A DNA stretch of 64,000 nucleotides from the human T2T-CHM13v2.0 reference genome, Homo sapiens: the NCBI RefSeq assembly GCF_009914755.1, contig NC_060930.1; one strand, 5' to 3'. The notes under the pieces are model-generated. The model did not search any database, was not told where the DNA came from, and saw nothing but the letters and a program-made list of their open reading frames with translations. Shown here piece after piece: positions 1-19,670 of the stretch. Every line of letters begins with the position of its first letter. Positions within the stretch are counted from its first letter, which is position 1. A program made the translations under genes and the position numbers.

Positions 1-1388
1 AAGCTTTTCTAGCAAAACAGATCATTCAGAATTTTCATCACATTAATGGCTTTTCTGGCCAATTAGAAGATAGCACACGGATGCGCTGAAAAACAAAAAC
101 TGTTAACGCGTTCAGACTCTCCAAACAGCTGCCAGATCACTGCTTTAGAGAAAGCAGGCGACAGCTGGGAGGCGACCTGGTCGGAGCTCACTTAACGGTT
201 TTGTATTTCAAATCCAAAGAGACTTTGCCTGCTCGAGGCTTGTGTTCCCGCGGCTCCTGAGAGGGGGCACAGATGGAAACCAGAAGGGGAGGCGTCACCG
301 GACAGGGTCTTTCCTAATTCTGCCTTCCTCATTTTGGTTCTTCAAGCTTCAATTAGATGTTTCCTAATATCTTCCTTATGGATCCGCACCTTGTAGAAGC
401 TAAACAAACATTAATTGATTGAAAAATCCCCAAATTAAGATCCATTCTGAAACTGTTAACGATTGTATCCTAGTTTTCTGCCTTTGCTTAGTACTGAGGC
501 TGGTGCCAAAGTGAGGGAGTGAGTTCACCAAATAAAGCAAGCGTCTCTGCACATTACCCAGCTTCCCCGCCATGTTAAAAAGACAACAGGGAGGACTACA
601 AAATTCCCTATTTAACCTGGCAAAGGCTGTAAGGGGCTCTGGGCCGGATAATGCCCTTGAATCCTAAAGTCTTTCTTAATTCCTCTCTTGAGCCAAAATT
701 TGGAGCATTGCCATTTCGTATCCCATTCAGAATGTTTTTGTAGTGAATATAAACTTATTTTCCTGTTAACCAAGATAGTCACGTTTTAATTTAATATAGA
801 TTAACAAACTGTTATGATTAGACCTGTACTAACAGTTACTGTATTAAGAGTTACTGTATATTTACTGAGTTTGGGAAGCAACATCCCCCAAAATCATAAG
901 GACCAGGAATCATAGCCTTTCTGAATTTGAATCAGCTGAATTGTTTATGATCAGGATTGTACTAACTTCAGTTACTAAAATATAACTGGGATGGCATCAT
1001 GTCCAGGGAAATATTGTTCAAGTTTTTTCCAACAAGAACGATGTATTGAATACCTACTATGTGTCAGGCATTGAAATAACTTCTGTAGACACAACTAGGC
1101 ACAAGGTAGCCAGATGATAAAAATCAAACAAGAAACAGTATCACAATAAAAGAAGTACAATGTGATAGTTGAGTGCCTAGCAGGTCCCAGTAATCAAGTT
1201 CAAAGCATAATACTTTGTTTTAGGTATATTTCTGACATTGCCCAGTTCAACTAATTTTAAAATTTCTTTTTGACTTTTGCTGGAAAAAGTCCTAATAGAT
1301 TTTTCCCCCCTAATGTCACAATTAGTACTTGAACACACCTAGAATACGTTCAAGTTAATCCAAGATATTTAAACAAAATAAAGAATAT

Positions 1389-1852
<464 letters not shown>

Positions 1853-2124
1853 CTAGCCCAGTGGGATCCTCCTCCAAATAGAGTTGCACTCAAAAAGAAA
1901 AAAAAAAATATGTGAGTGAATTGAAAGGCTAAATAATTCACATGAGATCTCCAGCCAATTTGATGCAAAAGTGCTCAACTAACATCAGAATCCAAGACAG
2001 CTGACTGAGGGATATGAATATCAATACTGGAGCGTGGGGATTTGTCACAACTGCAGTGACTTCATATTACCCTCAGTTATGCTTTCTTTGTTGAGAATAG
2101 GGTGATTTACTATACTACTAGTTA

Positions 2125-2886
<762 letters not shown>

Positions 2887-4754
2887 GTAAGCAGCATCCT
2901 CTGAGAAATAACTAAGTTGTGTCCTAAGATTTTCCCCAAACTTTATTAAAATGAACTTATTTAAAAAGAAAACTAGTAAATAAGAGGTGAGGTGAAGTAA
3001 GTATGACAGGTTCATATGCCTAATTAAAAAGCTGAACAAAAATTTGAGTTCAAAGATAGAAGAAAATAAAAGGCACAAGGAAAAGTATGTGTCAGCTTAG
3101 CTATCCCAGTCCATAGTTTCTGAGAACAACCAGAGGTGGGGATAAGCAAGGACCACTCAGAAAGGGAGTATCTCACAGGTGTGTGGGAAGAAGAGAGCTT
3201 GAATCTGGGAAAAAAAGTTAAGCTAAGAATAGGAATTAGAAAGGATGGAAACCGAAGGATAGAATAGGGATGGTAGAGGAAGAGGCCATCGTAGGAGGTG
3301 GTAAAAGCAAAGACTGTGAGCTAGGAGAACAAAGCTGGCTGGATCCTGAGGGTAGTGAGTTACTATAGTGAGTGTAGTGAATGAGTTGAGGTGGGGGAAA
3401 GTAAGAGCATCTGGAGAACAGAAGATGGAGATGAATGTGATCTGAGATTAAGGTGGGAAAGTAATTTAGGAATAAGGGATGGAGTGGGTGCACTGGAGAA
3501 GGTATTTTGAGGGAGGACACAGAAGTGAGAGGCACAGGTGGTGGCTATAGAAGGGGCCCTACAGAATGGGTGGGCTTAAGGAGAAGCTAGAGAAATGCAA
3601 GTTGGGAACACCAAATCAGCTAGAGGAATAAGACTGTCAGTCAGTGGAAAGCAGGCAATTGGCAGGTATCTATGCTAAAGTGTTGGGCATTTTGCCCTAA
3701 TAAAACTTCGTCATGAGATTGAAGTGCCATTCAGTGTCTAGTGAATAAGGTTGGTATACCATGTGTACACCATCTACATTCACCAGTGATTTTAATACAG
3801 CATTTGTGACACTGGGTTACCAGAAAGTCCTTTCAAACTTCTCTAATGGTAGCTTTGACATTAGCAACTCAGCACAGTACCCCAGTGTGGTCCTTTTCCA
3901 GCCTGAAAAGGCTATGTTTGAGTGTGGATTTCACCACAATGAGGCAAGAGAAAGTAAAAGTACTTACTAACAGTTAAGCACAGTAGAATTGCTAGTCCTA
4001 TATCAAATGGATTGGCTTTTGAGAAGAAATTGCATTATGTCAAGTAGCCTAGGAATATGAATATTAGATCATCACACTTTGGATTACTACTCAAGTGAAA
4101 TAGTTATTTGAACTATAAACATGCATTAAAAATCTTGATGAACAACCAGATATAACTGAAGGAAAGATGAAGTACTTGACATTTAAAGGTAGAAACACAG
4201 TTACATGCCACATAAGGACATTGTAGTCGACAATGAGCCACATAGATGACAGTGGTCCCATAAGACTGATTATAATAGAGTTGAAAAATTCTGATCACCT
4301 AATGACATTGTAGCTGTGGTAACATAGCCCAGTGCATTATTCACATGTTTATGGTGATGCTGGTTTAAACAAACCTACTGCTCTGCCAGTTGTGTAAAAA
4401 TATAGTACATACAATTATGTACAGTACATAATACTTGATAATGATAATAAATGACTATGTTACTGGTTTTGTATTTACTATACTATACTTTTTATTGTTA
4501 TTTTACAGTGTACTCTTTCTACTTATTACAAAATAGTTAACTGTGAAACAGCCTCAGGCAGGCCCTCACAAGGGATTCTTGAAGGCATTGTTATCATAGG
4601 AGATGACAGCTTCCTACTTGGTATTGCCTCTGAAGAACTTGCAGTGGAACAAGATTTGGAGGTGGAAGATGGTGATATTGATAATCCTGACCCTGTCTAG
4701 GCCTAACCTAATGTGTGTGTTTGTGTCTTCATTTTTTAAAAAAAAAAGTTTTAA

Positions 4755-5181
<427 letters not shown>

Positions 5182-5479
5182 AGGTGTTTGTGTTTTAAGC
5201 TAAGTGTTATTACAAAAGAGTCAAAAAGTTTTTAAAAATTAAGTTTATAAAGTAAAAAAGTTACAATAAGTTAAGGTTAATTTATTATTGAAGAAATAAA
5301 TACTTTATAAGTTTCGTGTAGCCTAAGTGTATAGCATTTATAAAATCTACAGTAGTGTACAGTAATGTCCTAGGTCTTCACATTGACTCACCACTCACTC
5401 ACTGACTCACCAAGAACAACTACTACCAGTCCTGCAAGACACATTCATGGCAAGTGCCCAGTACAAGTGTACCATTTTA

Positions 5480-5730
5480 ATGGAGTGCAATGGCGCAGTC
5501 TCAGCTCACTGCAGCCTCGACCTTTGGGCTCACTTGATCTTCCCATCTCAGCCTCTTGAGTAGCTGTGACCACAGGCGTGTGCCACCACACCCAGCTAAT
5601 TTTTGTATTTTGTAGAGATGCGGTTTCACCATGTTGCCCAGGTTGGTCTACAACTCCTGGGCTCGAGCGATCAACCCGCCTTAGCCTCCCAAAGTGCTGG
5701 GATTACTGTCGTGTCCCACTGTTCCTGGCC
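5480..5730 (-). mobile_element. Alu (J-like, truncated)
   Basis: tggagtgcaatggcgcagtctcagctcactgcagcctcgacc; gggctcgagcgatc. Confidence 0.85.
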
Positions 5731-6021
5731 CCATTTTTATCTTTTATACCACATTTTTACTGTACCTTTCGTATGTTCGGATACACAAATACCACTGTAT
5801 TGCAATTGCCGACGGTATTCAGTTCAGCAACATTCTGTACAGCTTTGTAGCCTAGGAGCAATAGGCTATACCATACAGCCTAGGTGTATAGTCAGCTATA
5901 TCATCTAGGTTTGCATAAGTACACTCTGTGACGTTCGCACAATGACGAAATCATCCAACAATGCATTTCTCAGAACATTTGCCCCTTATTGACACACGAC
6001 TGTATAAAGATTTTTATCTTT

Positions 6022-6326
<305 letters not shown>

Positions 6327-8283
6327 TTATGAATATCTATTATTGGAGATATCTCTGAGAAAAATTTACCCACTTGAACAACAACAATAGATCCAATATG
6401 ATTTTAAATGACAACAATATAAATGTAAAATGACATTATAAATATAAAATGACTACAAAATAAATACATAGCCATATCATAAGGGAAATAAAGAGAGGAA
6501 GAAATCTCCAAAAAAAAAAAAAAAAAAAACCACCAAACACAACCAAACAAAAACCCACCAGTAATTCAAGTCCAGCATAGTAAGTGCATGAAGTAAAACC
6601 ATTTAACCCAGAGGCACAGACAGAAGCCTTAGTCAAAGATGGCAGCTCTACCTTAGTGCTTCCAGAGCCAGAACTCATGGCCTGGGGCCTATTTTGGGGC
6701 AGAGATACAGAACTGAGTCTCCTGCAGGAGGCTGGGAGACTCCAGAGGCTTTCCCACGGTGGAGACGCTCTTAGCTCTTAGGGAAAATAAGAGTCAAAGC
6801 AGTATCTCGGTATCCACTGGCCCTTTAGTCATAGACATATGAGCAGTTCGCAGACATTTTAAAAGTCAAGGGCCGGTGGAGGTGATGTAACTTAATCTCA
6901 CCAGGTACAGTTCTGCCAAGTAGAGAGAAGCTTCTATTTTATGTTTTGTCTTTCCAAAATTGTCCCAGGACTAAGAAATCAGAATTGCCACTCCTTGAGA
7001 TCCCTGCTTTGCAAAGCTAGGTATTGGGGAAAAAAGCCGATCCCTTAAGAATTCAGGGCCTTCTGGGATAGAAGAAATAGACCCTTAAACTCTGTTCCCC
7101 CATAAAATTTGAGGTTATTTGCCAGTGGTCTGAGATGGCTCTGACCTCATCTTAAAGCAAGGGAAGACAATTGAAATAAACTTATCTCATGGAAAAGGGA
7201 AATTGATAACTTGGGACTGTCTTACTAAGGAAAGGCTTGTTTTAATTGATCGTATAACTCTGGGTTCCTGATAGGAAAATTTAAAAAATTTTAAACAATA
7301 TTTCAAAAGATCGCTATTTTAATTGGTAAAACCAGACCTAATTTTCTGTAGCTTTTCTGCCGAAAGAATATTAAGAGAAGCAAAAGGAAGAAAGAAAAGG
7401 GGCAATTTTCTGAAAACATAAAAATAAGCGGACAGCTGAAACCTGGAGAAAAATCTTTTATTTGCTGGTCCTATTCCTTAGCATTGAAAAGCTAAAAAGA
7501 CTCCTTTTTGTTACCAGAATGAAACTGCTCTGAGCCTCCATTTAGTGGTTGCTACAGTCTTGTGCTAGAGAAAATTAGATGTGAATCAAGGTTATTTAGT
7601 GAGGAATATAATTTATTATTTTCATGTTAAAGAGAAATGAGATACAGCAGACCTACAACATAATGTAGGAAAATCTTCACACGGTTTATTCTTAGGCTGT
7701 GATCAATAACCTCAGTAATTTGAAATAAAATACATCATGGTGGGTAGACAGAAATTTAACAGTGATTCTCTCTTCTTTCTTGTCTGTATTGGGCAAACCT
7801 GGGAAAGTTTAAACATTCAAGGGAGGAAATCTGGCAGTGTTTGGCAAGAATCTCTAAAATACGAAGTAAGTTATAACCTGTGGTCAACTGGGATGAAAGG
7901 CAGACTTTGGGTACCGCCCTACCCTGCGACAATATAAAGGACCTAAGAGAAAGATGGTAGATGGGAAGGGGAAGACAGTTACATGTTACGCACTGAAAAT
8001 TCAAATAAATAAATAAATAACTATAAATCTGTCACTTAAATTATTTGCTGAAGGAATAAATGGAAGACTCAGGCTTTCTGTGACCAAAATAAAAGAATCT
8101 ATTTTTTTTTCTTGGAGGGGATATAAAGCATGCATAGCTTTAACCTGTGGGTAGCTGAAGTATTAAATCAATGAAATGTGTAACTTCTCCAGGTCTCTTA
8201 TATGAAATAAATTTAGGGAACTGATGGGGGAAAGAGTGGCACTGAGGGCCACTGGGGGCAGACATTAGGAGCAGAGTGGGGAC

Positions 8284-8465
8284 GGAAATTTCAGTTAAGA
8301 AACATTCTCCAAGACCCTCCATTTCTGAATGCTTTTCTCATTTGTAAAAAGATTTTCAGGACAAAGGAAAGATCCTTCCAGAAAAGATAGAAAATGTTTT
8401 GCCAACGACTGTTTTTACTTAGGGAAACTACTGAACTGCCCCCCGATTCCTAACCGCATCTCTGC
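8284..8465 (+). repeat. ~180-bp direct repeat, copy 1
   Basis: ggaaatttcagttaagaaac...catctctgc, near-identical to 9853-10034. Confidence 0.9.
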
Positions 8466-9161
8466 ATTGTCCCAAGTTGGAAGTTGAGACTAAAGCACCA
8501 AGATACAAGAGACGCGGCATCCCAAAAGGAGATTTTTGTGTATTCTGCGAAATACACAAAAGGGCTAGCCAAAGAAAGTCCTCACACACGTGCATGGTAT
8601 AAAAGCACCAGCTTTAAAAAGAGAAGTGTTTTTGTTTTTTTGTTTGAGAAGCATAATTGAAGTGAGCAGTTTTAGAATCAGTGCAGCAAATTTAGAGATT
8701 TCAAAAGAGATCAATATAGAAGGGATCAAATCCACACAATCATGGGAACGCTATGAACTCACTGGCAAAATGCAGTCACTGAAGGAAAAACGTCAGTGTC
8801 AAAATGCTACTATTTCACCTCTTTGTGTACGATTTCTGAGAGAACTGCCACGTTTGGAGATGCTAAATTTACCCAATGCCTTCGTAGCCTCCGGCCTGGG
8901 AAGAGTACATTTTCTTTCCTGCGAGCTTGAGGAGAAATCCATATTTTTCCCACTAAGCCCCAAAAGGTGAAACCTGAGACCGGACCTCAGCCTACCGTTG
9001 GATCCCCCACCACAAACCCAGCAGCAAAACTCAGTGAAAAGATGAATTCGTTCACAAAACATCCATTTAGGATTTTTATTGATAATTGTCCTTTTATTGG
9101 TAAATGTTCCTTCCAGCACCGCCCTAATGGAACAGGGTCCAAAGTCACTCATCATATGTAA

Positions 9162-9448
<287 letters not shown>

Positions 9449-9571
9449 TAACCAAAGCAAGATATAAATACGGGAGTGGGGGCAATATGATTAATTTTCC
9501 GATTCTACAGAAATAGGCTGTGACTGTATCTGTAAAAGAAAGACGGTTCCGGAGCATAAATACAAAAACAC

Positions 9572-9643
9572 TGGAGATGCTGGGGATCGAACCCGGGACC
9601 TCATGCATGCTAAGCATGCGCTCTACCACTGAGCTACATCCCC
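9572..9643 (-). tRNA. TRA-AGC4-1: tRNA-Ala (AGC)
   Basis: GGGGATGTAGCTCAGTGGTAGAGCGCATGCTTAGCATGCATGAGGTCCCGGGTTCGATCCCCAGCATCTCCA; cloverleaf, G3:U70, A/B boxes, T5 terminator 9564-9568. Isodecoder number from recall. Confidence 0.96.
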
Positions 9644-9852
9644 ACCTCGAAAAACATTCGTCTTTAAACTGCTTTTATGAAAGAATATAGAAATTTACCT
9701 CAGTTTTTTTTTTTTTTTAAACATTTATTTATTCTTTCATGAACGAACGTTAAAATTTTCATTTCCCCTTTTTGTAGCCCTCTATCACCAAGAAATTTTG
9801 ATTAACCAGCATCTTGCAGACATTTGGTAAGGATTAAGAACAGACTAGAGGA

Positions 9853-10034
9853 GGAAATTTCAGTTAAGAAACATCCTCCCAGACCTTCCTTTTCTGAATG
9901 CTTTTCTCATTTGTAAAAAAGATTTTCAGGACACAGGAAAGATCCTTCCAGAAAAGATAGCAAATGTTTTACCAACTACTGTCTTTACTTAGGGAAACTA
10001 CTGAACTGCCTCCAATTCCTTACCCCATCTCTGC
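9853..10034 (+). repeat. ~180-bp direct repeat, copy 2
   Basis: Matches 8284-8465 with scattered substitutions. Confidence 0.9.
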
Positions 10035-10630
10035 GTCCTATTCCCAAACTCCAGAAACCGCTACACGCCTTTTCTTAGAAAACAAGGAGGTAGTGAAGGA
10101 ATTTCTGTTATAAAAATAAACTCGTTCCACTCCGTTAGCAACTGGGACGGTTAAAGGCTAAAGATGTTGGATTGCCTCCCGCGGCCCCCTGATCCGCATT
10201 TTATCCAGAGAATACAAATAAAATCCAGAGAGTAGGAATCCTCAGATCCTACTCTGATTCTTTGAAATGAAGAGCCCAGAATGAAGTTGGAGACGTGTTA
10301 CTTCTAAGATCGAGGCTAAATCTCTGCTTCTGTGGCGCATTATTTTCTGTAGAGGGAATGGTTCTCTCTACAGAAAATGTAGAGATGGTTCAGACTCCTG
10401 TCTCACCAAGGGAACAGAGAAGGCTTTATACCTGCGTAGAGAGTGCAGAAGTCCTCGGTTACAGTCACCTGTGACCGAATCTGGAAGGATGGATAGGAAT
10501 GCCAAGTAGAAATGAGGGAAGGGCTGTGCTTGGGAGTGTTCAGAACGGTTGGAGTTGGGAGAAGGAGCAAGGTGGGGAGGAGGCTCTAAAAGGTAGCTTG
10601 GCAAGATGACACCAGCAATTCTCACCCTAC

Positions 10631-10827
10631 CTTGCACTTACAGCATCCAGAACTAAATGCTTTTCCAGAGCCGCCAGAACTAAATGCTTGTCCAGAGCCT
10701 TCAGAACTAAATGCTTGTCCAGAGCCTCCAGAACTAAATGCTTGCACTTACAGCCTCCAGAAATAAATGCTTGTCATTTAAGCCACCCAGTTTATGGTAT
10801 TTTGTTATAGCAGCCGGAAGTGACTAA
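10631..10827 (+). repeat. 27-bp minisatellite (~4.7 units) at an MLT1 LTR 3' end
   Basis: Unit CCAGAACTAAATGCTTGTCCAGAGCCT, followed by tttaagccacccagtttatggtattttgttatagcagcc. Confidence 0.85.
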
Positions 10828-11410
10828 AAGGTGGAGTTTGTTAAAGGAATGGACATGTGTCAATGAATATTATAAAATTCATTAATCTCATGCAACATAT
10901 TAGAGGATTAAAAGAGGGAAAAACATGTAATAATCACAACACTTTCAGAAAAGTTTTCTCACTGCTGAGTGGAAAATGGAAGTAATAGTACTAAATATCT
11001 TTTCCAGATCTGACATTCACATAATTAATCATGCACTACTCTAGACCCCAGTACACACCTGGAAGGTAAGGAACAAATCTAACAAAAGACTCAGACAACC
11101 ATTAACACCTCTGCTTGGAAACAAGATTTTTTTGGAATCATAGTGTGTCTTCTTGTTTCTTCCAACATGATTCACTTTGAACTTTAAATCTGATAAGTGT
11201 GGGAAGTGAAAACCTCTGGCCAGGATAGAGTGACAGGAACCAGAGTTACTATTCCACCTGAATCAACCAAAAATTTCTAAAATGGCAAAATGTGAAACAA
11301 TGAACATTAGGCAATGAAGGACAGTGATCTCTGAGAAATGCGAAACAAGATGAGCACAACGAATGCCTCAGCTTACTGCCTTCAGAGGTATCTCCAGGCC
11401 ACCACACAGG

Positions 11411-12000
11411 TGTTATGGTTAATTTTATGTATCAACTAGACTAGGTTAGAATGCAGAGTTGCTTGGTCAAACTCTTGGTCAAAGTTTCAGAGTTGCTTGG
11501 TCAGAGTTGCTTGGTCAAACATCAGTCTAGAAGTTTCTGTGAAGGTGTTAGATGTGATTAAGATTTAAATCAGTAGACTTTGCCTAGGTTGGGCACTATG
11601 GCTCAGGCCTGTAATCCCACCACTTTGGGAGGCAGAAGCAGGAGTATCACCTGAGAATAAGACCTGCCTGGCCAACCTGGTGAAACCTGTCTCTACTAAA
11701 AATACAAAAATTAGCTAGGCGTGGTGGCACATGCCTGTAATTCCAGCTACTCAGGAGGCTGAGGCATAAAAATCGCTTGAACCCGGGAGGCGGAGGTTGC
11801 AGCTAGCTGAGATTGCATCTGTTCCAGCCTGGGCAACAGAGAGAGACTTTGTTTCAAAAAAGAAAGTAGACTTTGAGTATAGCAGATTACCCTCTATTGT
11901 GTGGATGGGCCTTACCCAATCAGCTGACTTGAAAGAAAAGGGAAAACAAGAGGACTGAATTCTACCTCCAGGCTGCCTCCAGACTCAAGACCACAACATT
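11411..12000 (+). mobile_element. MLT2 (ERVL) LTR fragment containing an Alu (11587-11864 +)
   Basis: tgttatggttaattttatgtatcaact start; agtagacttt duplicated either side of the Alu; gcagattaccctc. Confidence 0.75.
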
Positions 12001-13311
12001 TGTTAACTATCGGCATGATGTTCCCTAACAAATCCTAAAAGCAAGACCTTAACAATTTCTTAAAAAGGAATCCATTCACTGCACTGATTTGGGAAATATA
12101 AGTTTAAATCATTCTTTCTTTTTAATAGATAGTTGACTATTCTTTGGTAAGAGAGGAAGGCAGGCCTCCCTTTACCACAATCACTTGAAATAATTGTATG
12201 GGATAACCAGAATTCCCTATCTCAGAGAGCAAAAAGCAGGACCTTAGAGTGCACTGAGAATACTGATGATGTGAGTTGTTTCAAGAATCAAGAAGGGAAT
12301 TTCTGGTGGATATATTTTGAGGTGTATTCATTCCATGGTATAGGCATTCTTGTCTTGTCGTAAAAGCTGCCACCAAGACTTTGATGCCAGAATTATTTTG
12401 AAAAATATATATCACATCATGTCACATATGTATCAATAGGTTCATATTGTGCCATCATGTCTGGAAAACCGTCTTAGCTACTGAAAAGAATGTTCCCCTG
12501 AACTGGAAGGGCAAGGGAGAGAAGGACGCCACTAGGAGTAGATTGAAAAAATATCTGAACAATAAGGAGTCAATCATATAAAGATAAGGAAATGGAACAT
12601 TCCATGGAGAAAGAAGAGATAAGGTAACAAGCTCTCTGGTAGAAATTAACTTAGTTGGTTCAAAAATTATAAAAAAGGAAAGTGTGATTGAAGTTTGATA
12701 AATGATTCTAGAGGCTAGACACTGTAGAACTTTGTAAAGGCAAATAAGAGTTGGAATTTTATGCTAAAGGTAGTGAAATGGAGGGTGCTACTTTGGTTGT
12801 TTACCTAACATTCAGTCCTTCTTCCTTGTAAAATTTTAATTGTCTTCAGAGGGTGATGTGCCTCATCACAGGGGATGAATCATAATGTAATTAGGGCATG
12901 GTTCTTAACCTTAACTGAACCAATACTCTCTCTTTACAACAAGTTTTTTGCAGCACATCAATTAATATCCTGAAATAAAAGTGATAGTTAATGTAAACTA
13001 GCTACAGATACAATTTTTCTTTCAAATTTGTAAGACTCCTTAACTGGTATACATATGAGAAATAAAAAGATAGTAATTCAAAATGGGTAATAAGACAACA
13101 TATATTTCCTTATGGAAGTGGTAGGGAATTACAATCTTTTTAATACTCTCAGCAAAACCAATAAATGACTATTTTAGAAAACATTATACAGTCAAGTTCT
13201 TGTACCTTTCAAAAGAATTAGTTTGAATGAAACAGTAATGAAGGCACAGGTATGTAGTGTTGGATGTTTAAAGCCAAGAGCCATGCTTGCCTTGCCAAAC
13301 TGATTTGTTAA

Positions 13312-13595
<284 letters not shown>

Positions 13596-13664
13596 AGGTT
13601 AACAATTTTTAATAAGTTCCAAACAAAGTACTATGAAACATTTCCACAATTTACAAAGTAGTTA

Positions 13665-14050
<386 letters not shown>

Positions 14051-14549
14051 CTATAAACGGGTTAGTTGTTTTTTTTCTTACCTGCATGAATTTTCCAGAA
14101 ACCATATAAAAGTCTTGCAGAATGTACAACCATTTTTGTTATGAGGAATTGCTGTGTTTATTTGTAAGATACTCTTACCCCTTTCCATTAGATGTCTGTA
14201 GCAGCCACTAGTCTCTGTGAAAATCAACCCCTCTAAAAATGTCCAAGTGGAACTGTCCTGAGAAACGCTTATTCAATTATTATCATCTATTTCTTGTTTA
14301 TAGCAATTGATTTAGAAATGAGTATGAGACACTGTTGTGGCTGACGCAATGTAAGTACAGCCTTCCTGAGAGGTTTCTGGGACAAGTATTTCTCTTGTTA
14401 GAAGACAAATGTGCTAAGGAAGAATGTTCTTTGCTTTTGCCTTTACTTTCTTGCTTCAGAAACACTACTTTGAAGACAAAACACAGTGTTTGGAGCTACT
14501 GTGATCATGAAAGAGACACTCTTGACACTTAAGGATGACAGAATGAAAA

Positions 14550-15383
<834 letters not shown>

Positions 15384-15589
15384 GAAAGATTCGAGAAGTC
15401 TGGGTCCTTGATGACGTTGTTAAGGTGCTTCATCAACCCTTCCTTCTGACCTCTTGTTATGTGGGACCAATAAACCATTCTCATTTAAACGACTGATGGT
15501 CAGGTTTTCCGTTAATGGAAGCAAAACATATGCTAGCTGAAGCAGAATTTGAGGTAGGAAATGATACAATGTAATATATATATTTACAT

Positions 15590-16173
<584 letters not shown>

Positions 16174-16299
16174 GGTAAGATATATTTTTCAAAGATAATT
16201 CTGGCAACCATGTGGAGCATGAATTTTAGGAAGAATGGAAATGCCAGGGGACTGGTTAGGAGGCTACTGTGGTAATCTTGGCAAGAGAGTGTGACGTCT

Positions 16300-16420
16300 T
16301 CCAGAATGTAAGCTCACTGAGTGGAGGGAATTTGTCTATCTTTGTTCACGATTGTATCTACAGTTTCTAGAAGAGTACTGGCAACTAGGTAGTGCTTAGT
16401 CAACATTTATTGAGTGAATG
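16300..16420 (+). mobile_element. L2 3' end fragment
   Basis: aatgtaagctc...ctggcaactaggtagtgcttagtcaacatttattgagtgaatg. Confidence 0.65.
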
Positions 16421-16759
16421 TTTTTGGCTTAGGCAGTTTAAAGTGGAAGAGAGGTGTGGGTGGATTCCAGACACACTTTTGACACAAAATAGATATGGTG
16501 TTCTGTTGGACAGCAGAGAAAAGATAACAGCCAGCTGTGAAATGGCCTCAATCTAAAGAACACCTGCTGACAAAATGCACTCCCTGTGGCTAATGGAGAC
16601 CGCTCAAAATTTAACAGGGTCCAGAGGCCATGGCCCAGGTGAGGGAACAGTCATGTACTCTGGGTTCTCAGAAAACATGACCCATGACAAACATCTGCTT
16701 TGCAACCCTAGACCAGAGTAGTTCTTGTAACCAGGGCCAAGATAAACTCTAGCAAGAAA

Positions 16760-17029
<270 letters not shown>

Positions 17030-17477
17030 TCAACAAGACTTGTAGTTTTGGGCTTAAAAGTCACCCAACCGGGGCTCAACTGCCTTGTCCAATCAGGGCT
17101 CAGCTGTATCAACCAATTGGAACTAAGCAAGTTTGAATCCCTCATTTGCTTAAATGAACCTGATTGAGAATAAACACTGGGAAGATTGAATTTTCCCAGC
17201 GTATACATTGTTTCTCAGAAAATAAAAGCTGTCCCTTTGGCCTCCACAGATCTCATGCCTGCTTGACATCTCCGCATGGATATCTAATCAGCATCTCTAA
17301 CTCAACATGTTCAAAACTAAAACCTTGTTTTTCCTTTACCTCCAAATTTCTTCCCTTCACTCTTTCTTATCTTGGTAAATAAGCACTCCTCTCAACTTAG
17401 TTGCTAAACTCTTAACCTGTATTAACTGAAGACTATGAGATCTGCAGAGGCCTCATATGGACAAGGCGCATCATTCG

Positions 17478-17786
<309 letters not shown>

Positions 17787-18744
17787 TGCATCATTAGTTT
17801 TAACCAGGATTGAGGTCCTTACCGGAAAAGGCCATCACAAGGACAGAAGGGAAATTGACTTATGAATATGTACAATAAGTTAGAAGAATTTCTGGAGATG
17901 CAAACTAGATTAAATGAGTGGGAAAGTAGTGTATGGTTTTGAGAGATAGTAGAGGGTAGCGTTGAGCGTCTTTGGTGGTTAATTAGATATGTGTGGGAGG
18001 AAGGCAGCAAGGTGCCTGTGGAATAATACAGTGGCGACATGCTGTAGGCTATATGGACTTAACATTTAATGAGGGTGGTAGAGACTAAAGATATATATTT
18101 AAGAAATAGCAGCATACAGAGGATATGTAGAGCAAGTGTAATATATAAGAATGCTTAGGAAGAATGTGTAGAGCATGAAGAAAGTATGCCTACATTTGAA
18201 CTCTAAAAAACACTCACATTTAACAACAACAACAGAAATTTTACAAATAACTTACGTGAAATCAATGCAATATATTGTAATGGAAAGACAAGGCTGTTTC
18301 AAAGCAAGAATCATTTGTGTCAAATGATAAAATGAGTTTAGTAAAGTGAAGGCTAATAAGTTCATTAGATTTAGAGACATGGGAATCATTGGTGACTCTT
18401 GTAAGAGTCATTTCACTGCAATTCTAAGAATCAAGTTTATATTCAGAAGATTGAGAAATGAGAGTAAGATGAGGAATGGAGACACAGAGTAAAAATATCC
18501 ATTTCAAGAAATGTGGCTGGAATTGGAAGGAAAGAGAAATTGTGCTGGCTGCAGAAGAACGTGGAGCTAGGGGAGATTTTTAATATGAAGAGACTTGAAC
18601 CATTTTAAATAGTAATAAAAAGAAACCAGCAGAGGACAGGGTGAAGACAGAGACAACAGGAATAATTAACAGCACAAATTCCCTGTGAATGCAGGACAAG
18701 ATGGCCTGAGGACCTTTGAAGAACTAGCTGTGGACACTTTAAGC

Positions 18745-19225
<481 letters not shown>

Positions 19226-19634
19226 TACAAGGGATATTTATTCCATTTTAGCAGACAGAAATGAAAAAAAAGGATGCATACAAATATAGGTACATTTATA
19301 AGTTAATGAAGGAAGTTAAGATGGTTTTCATTTGACGGCATTTTTAAATTTGAAGTAGGAGGCAAAGTCATCAGCTGAAGGTACAGAAAGTAGGATTAGA
19401 TATCTTGAGGAAGTCAAGCCTTCTTGAAGTAGCTACTATGAATCCTATTAGGGAAATGCAAGTGAGTGGGATAGCATTGAAGGGAACAAGTAAGTCACCC
19501 CTCTTCTCTGTACTTAAGTTTCCTGGCCTCTAAAGTGAAGGGTTGGACTGAACTTCCCAAAAGTCCTGTCTGGACCCAAGGTAACAAAGGCCGTAATTAT
19601 TTCACTAATCTTGCTCTTTCTCTCCTCTTTGAAG

Positions 19635-19670
19635 ATGATACCAAGTTGAATCCTTATGCAGGAGGAGATG
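19635..19670 (+). pseudogene. Orphan 36-nt exon matching PLXDC1 (TEM7) peptide DDTKLNPYAGGDG, with intron flanks
   Basis: Branch-like CTAAT 19605-19609, pyrimidine tract, AG|ATGATACCAAGTTGAATCCTTATGCAGGAGGAGATG|GTGAGT; phase-1/phase-1 reading (D)DTKLNPYAGGD(G). PLXDC1 match recalled, not searched. Confidence 0.75.

Noticed and set aside
10647-10775. Regular 27-bp repeats resembling a CRISPR array
   Set aside because: No unique spacers, eukaryotic context, derived from an MLT1 LTR.
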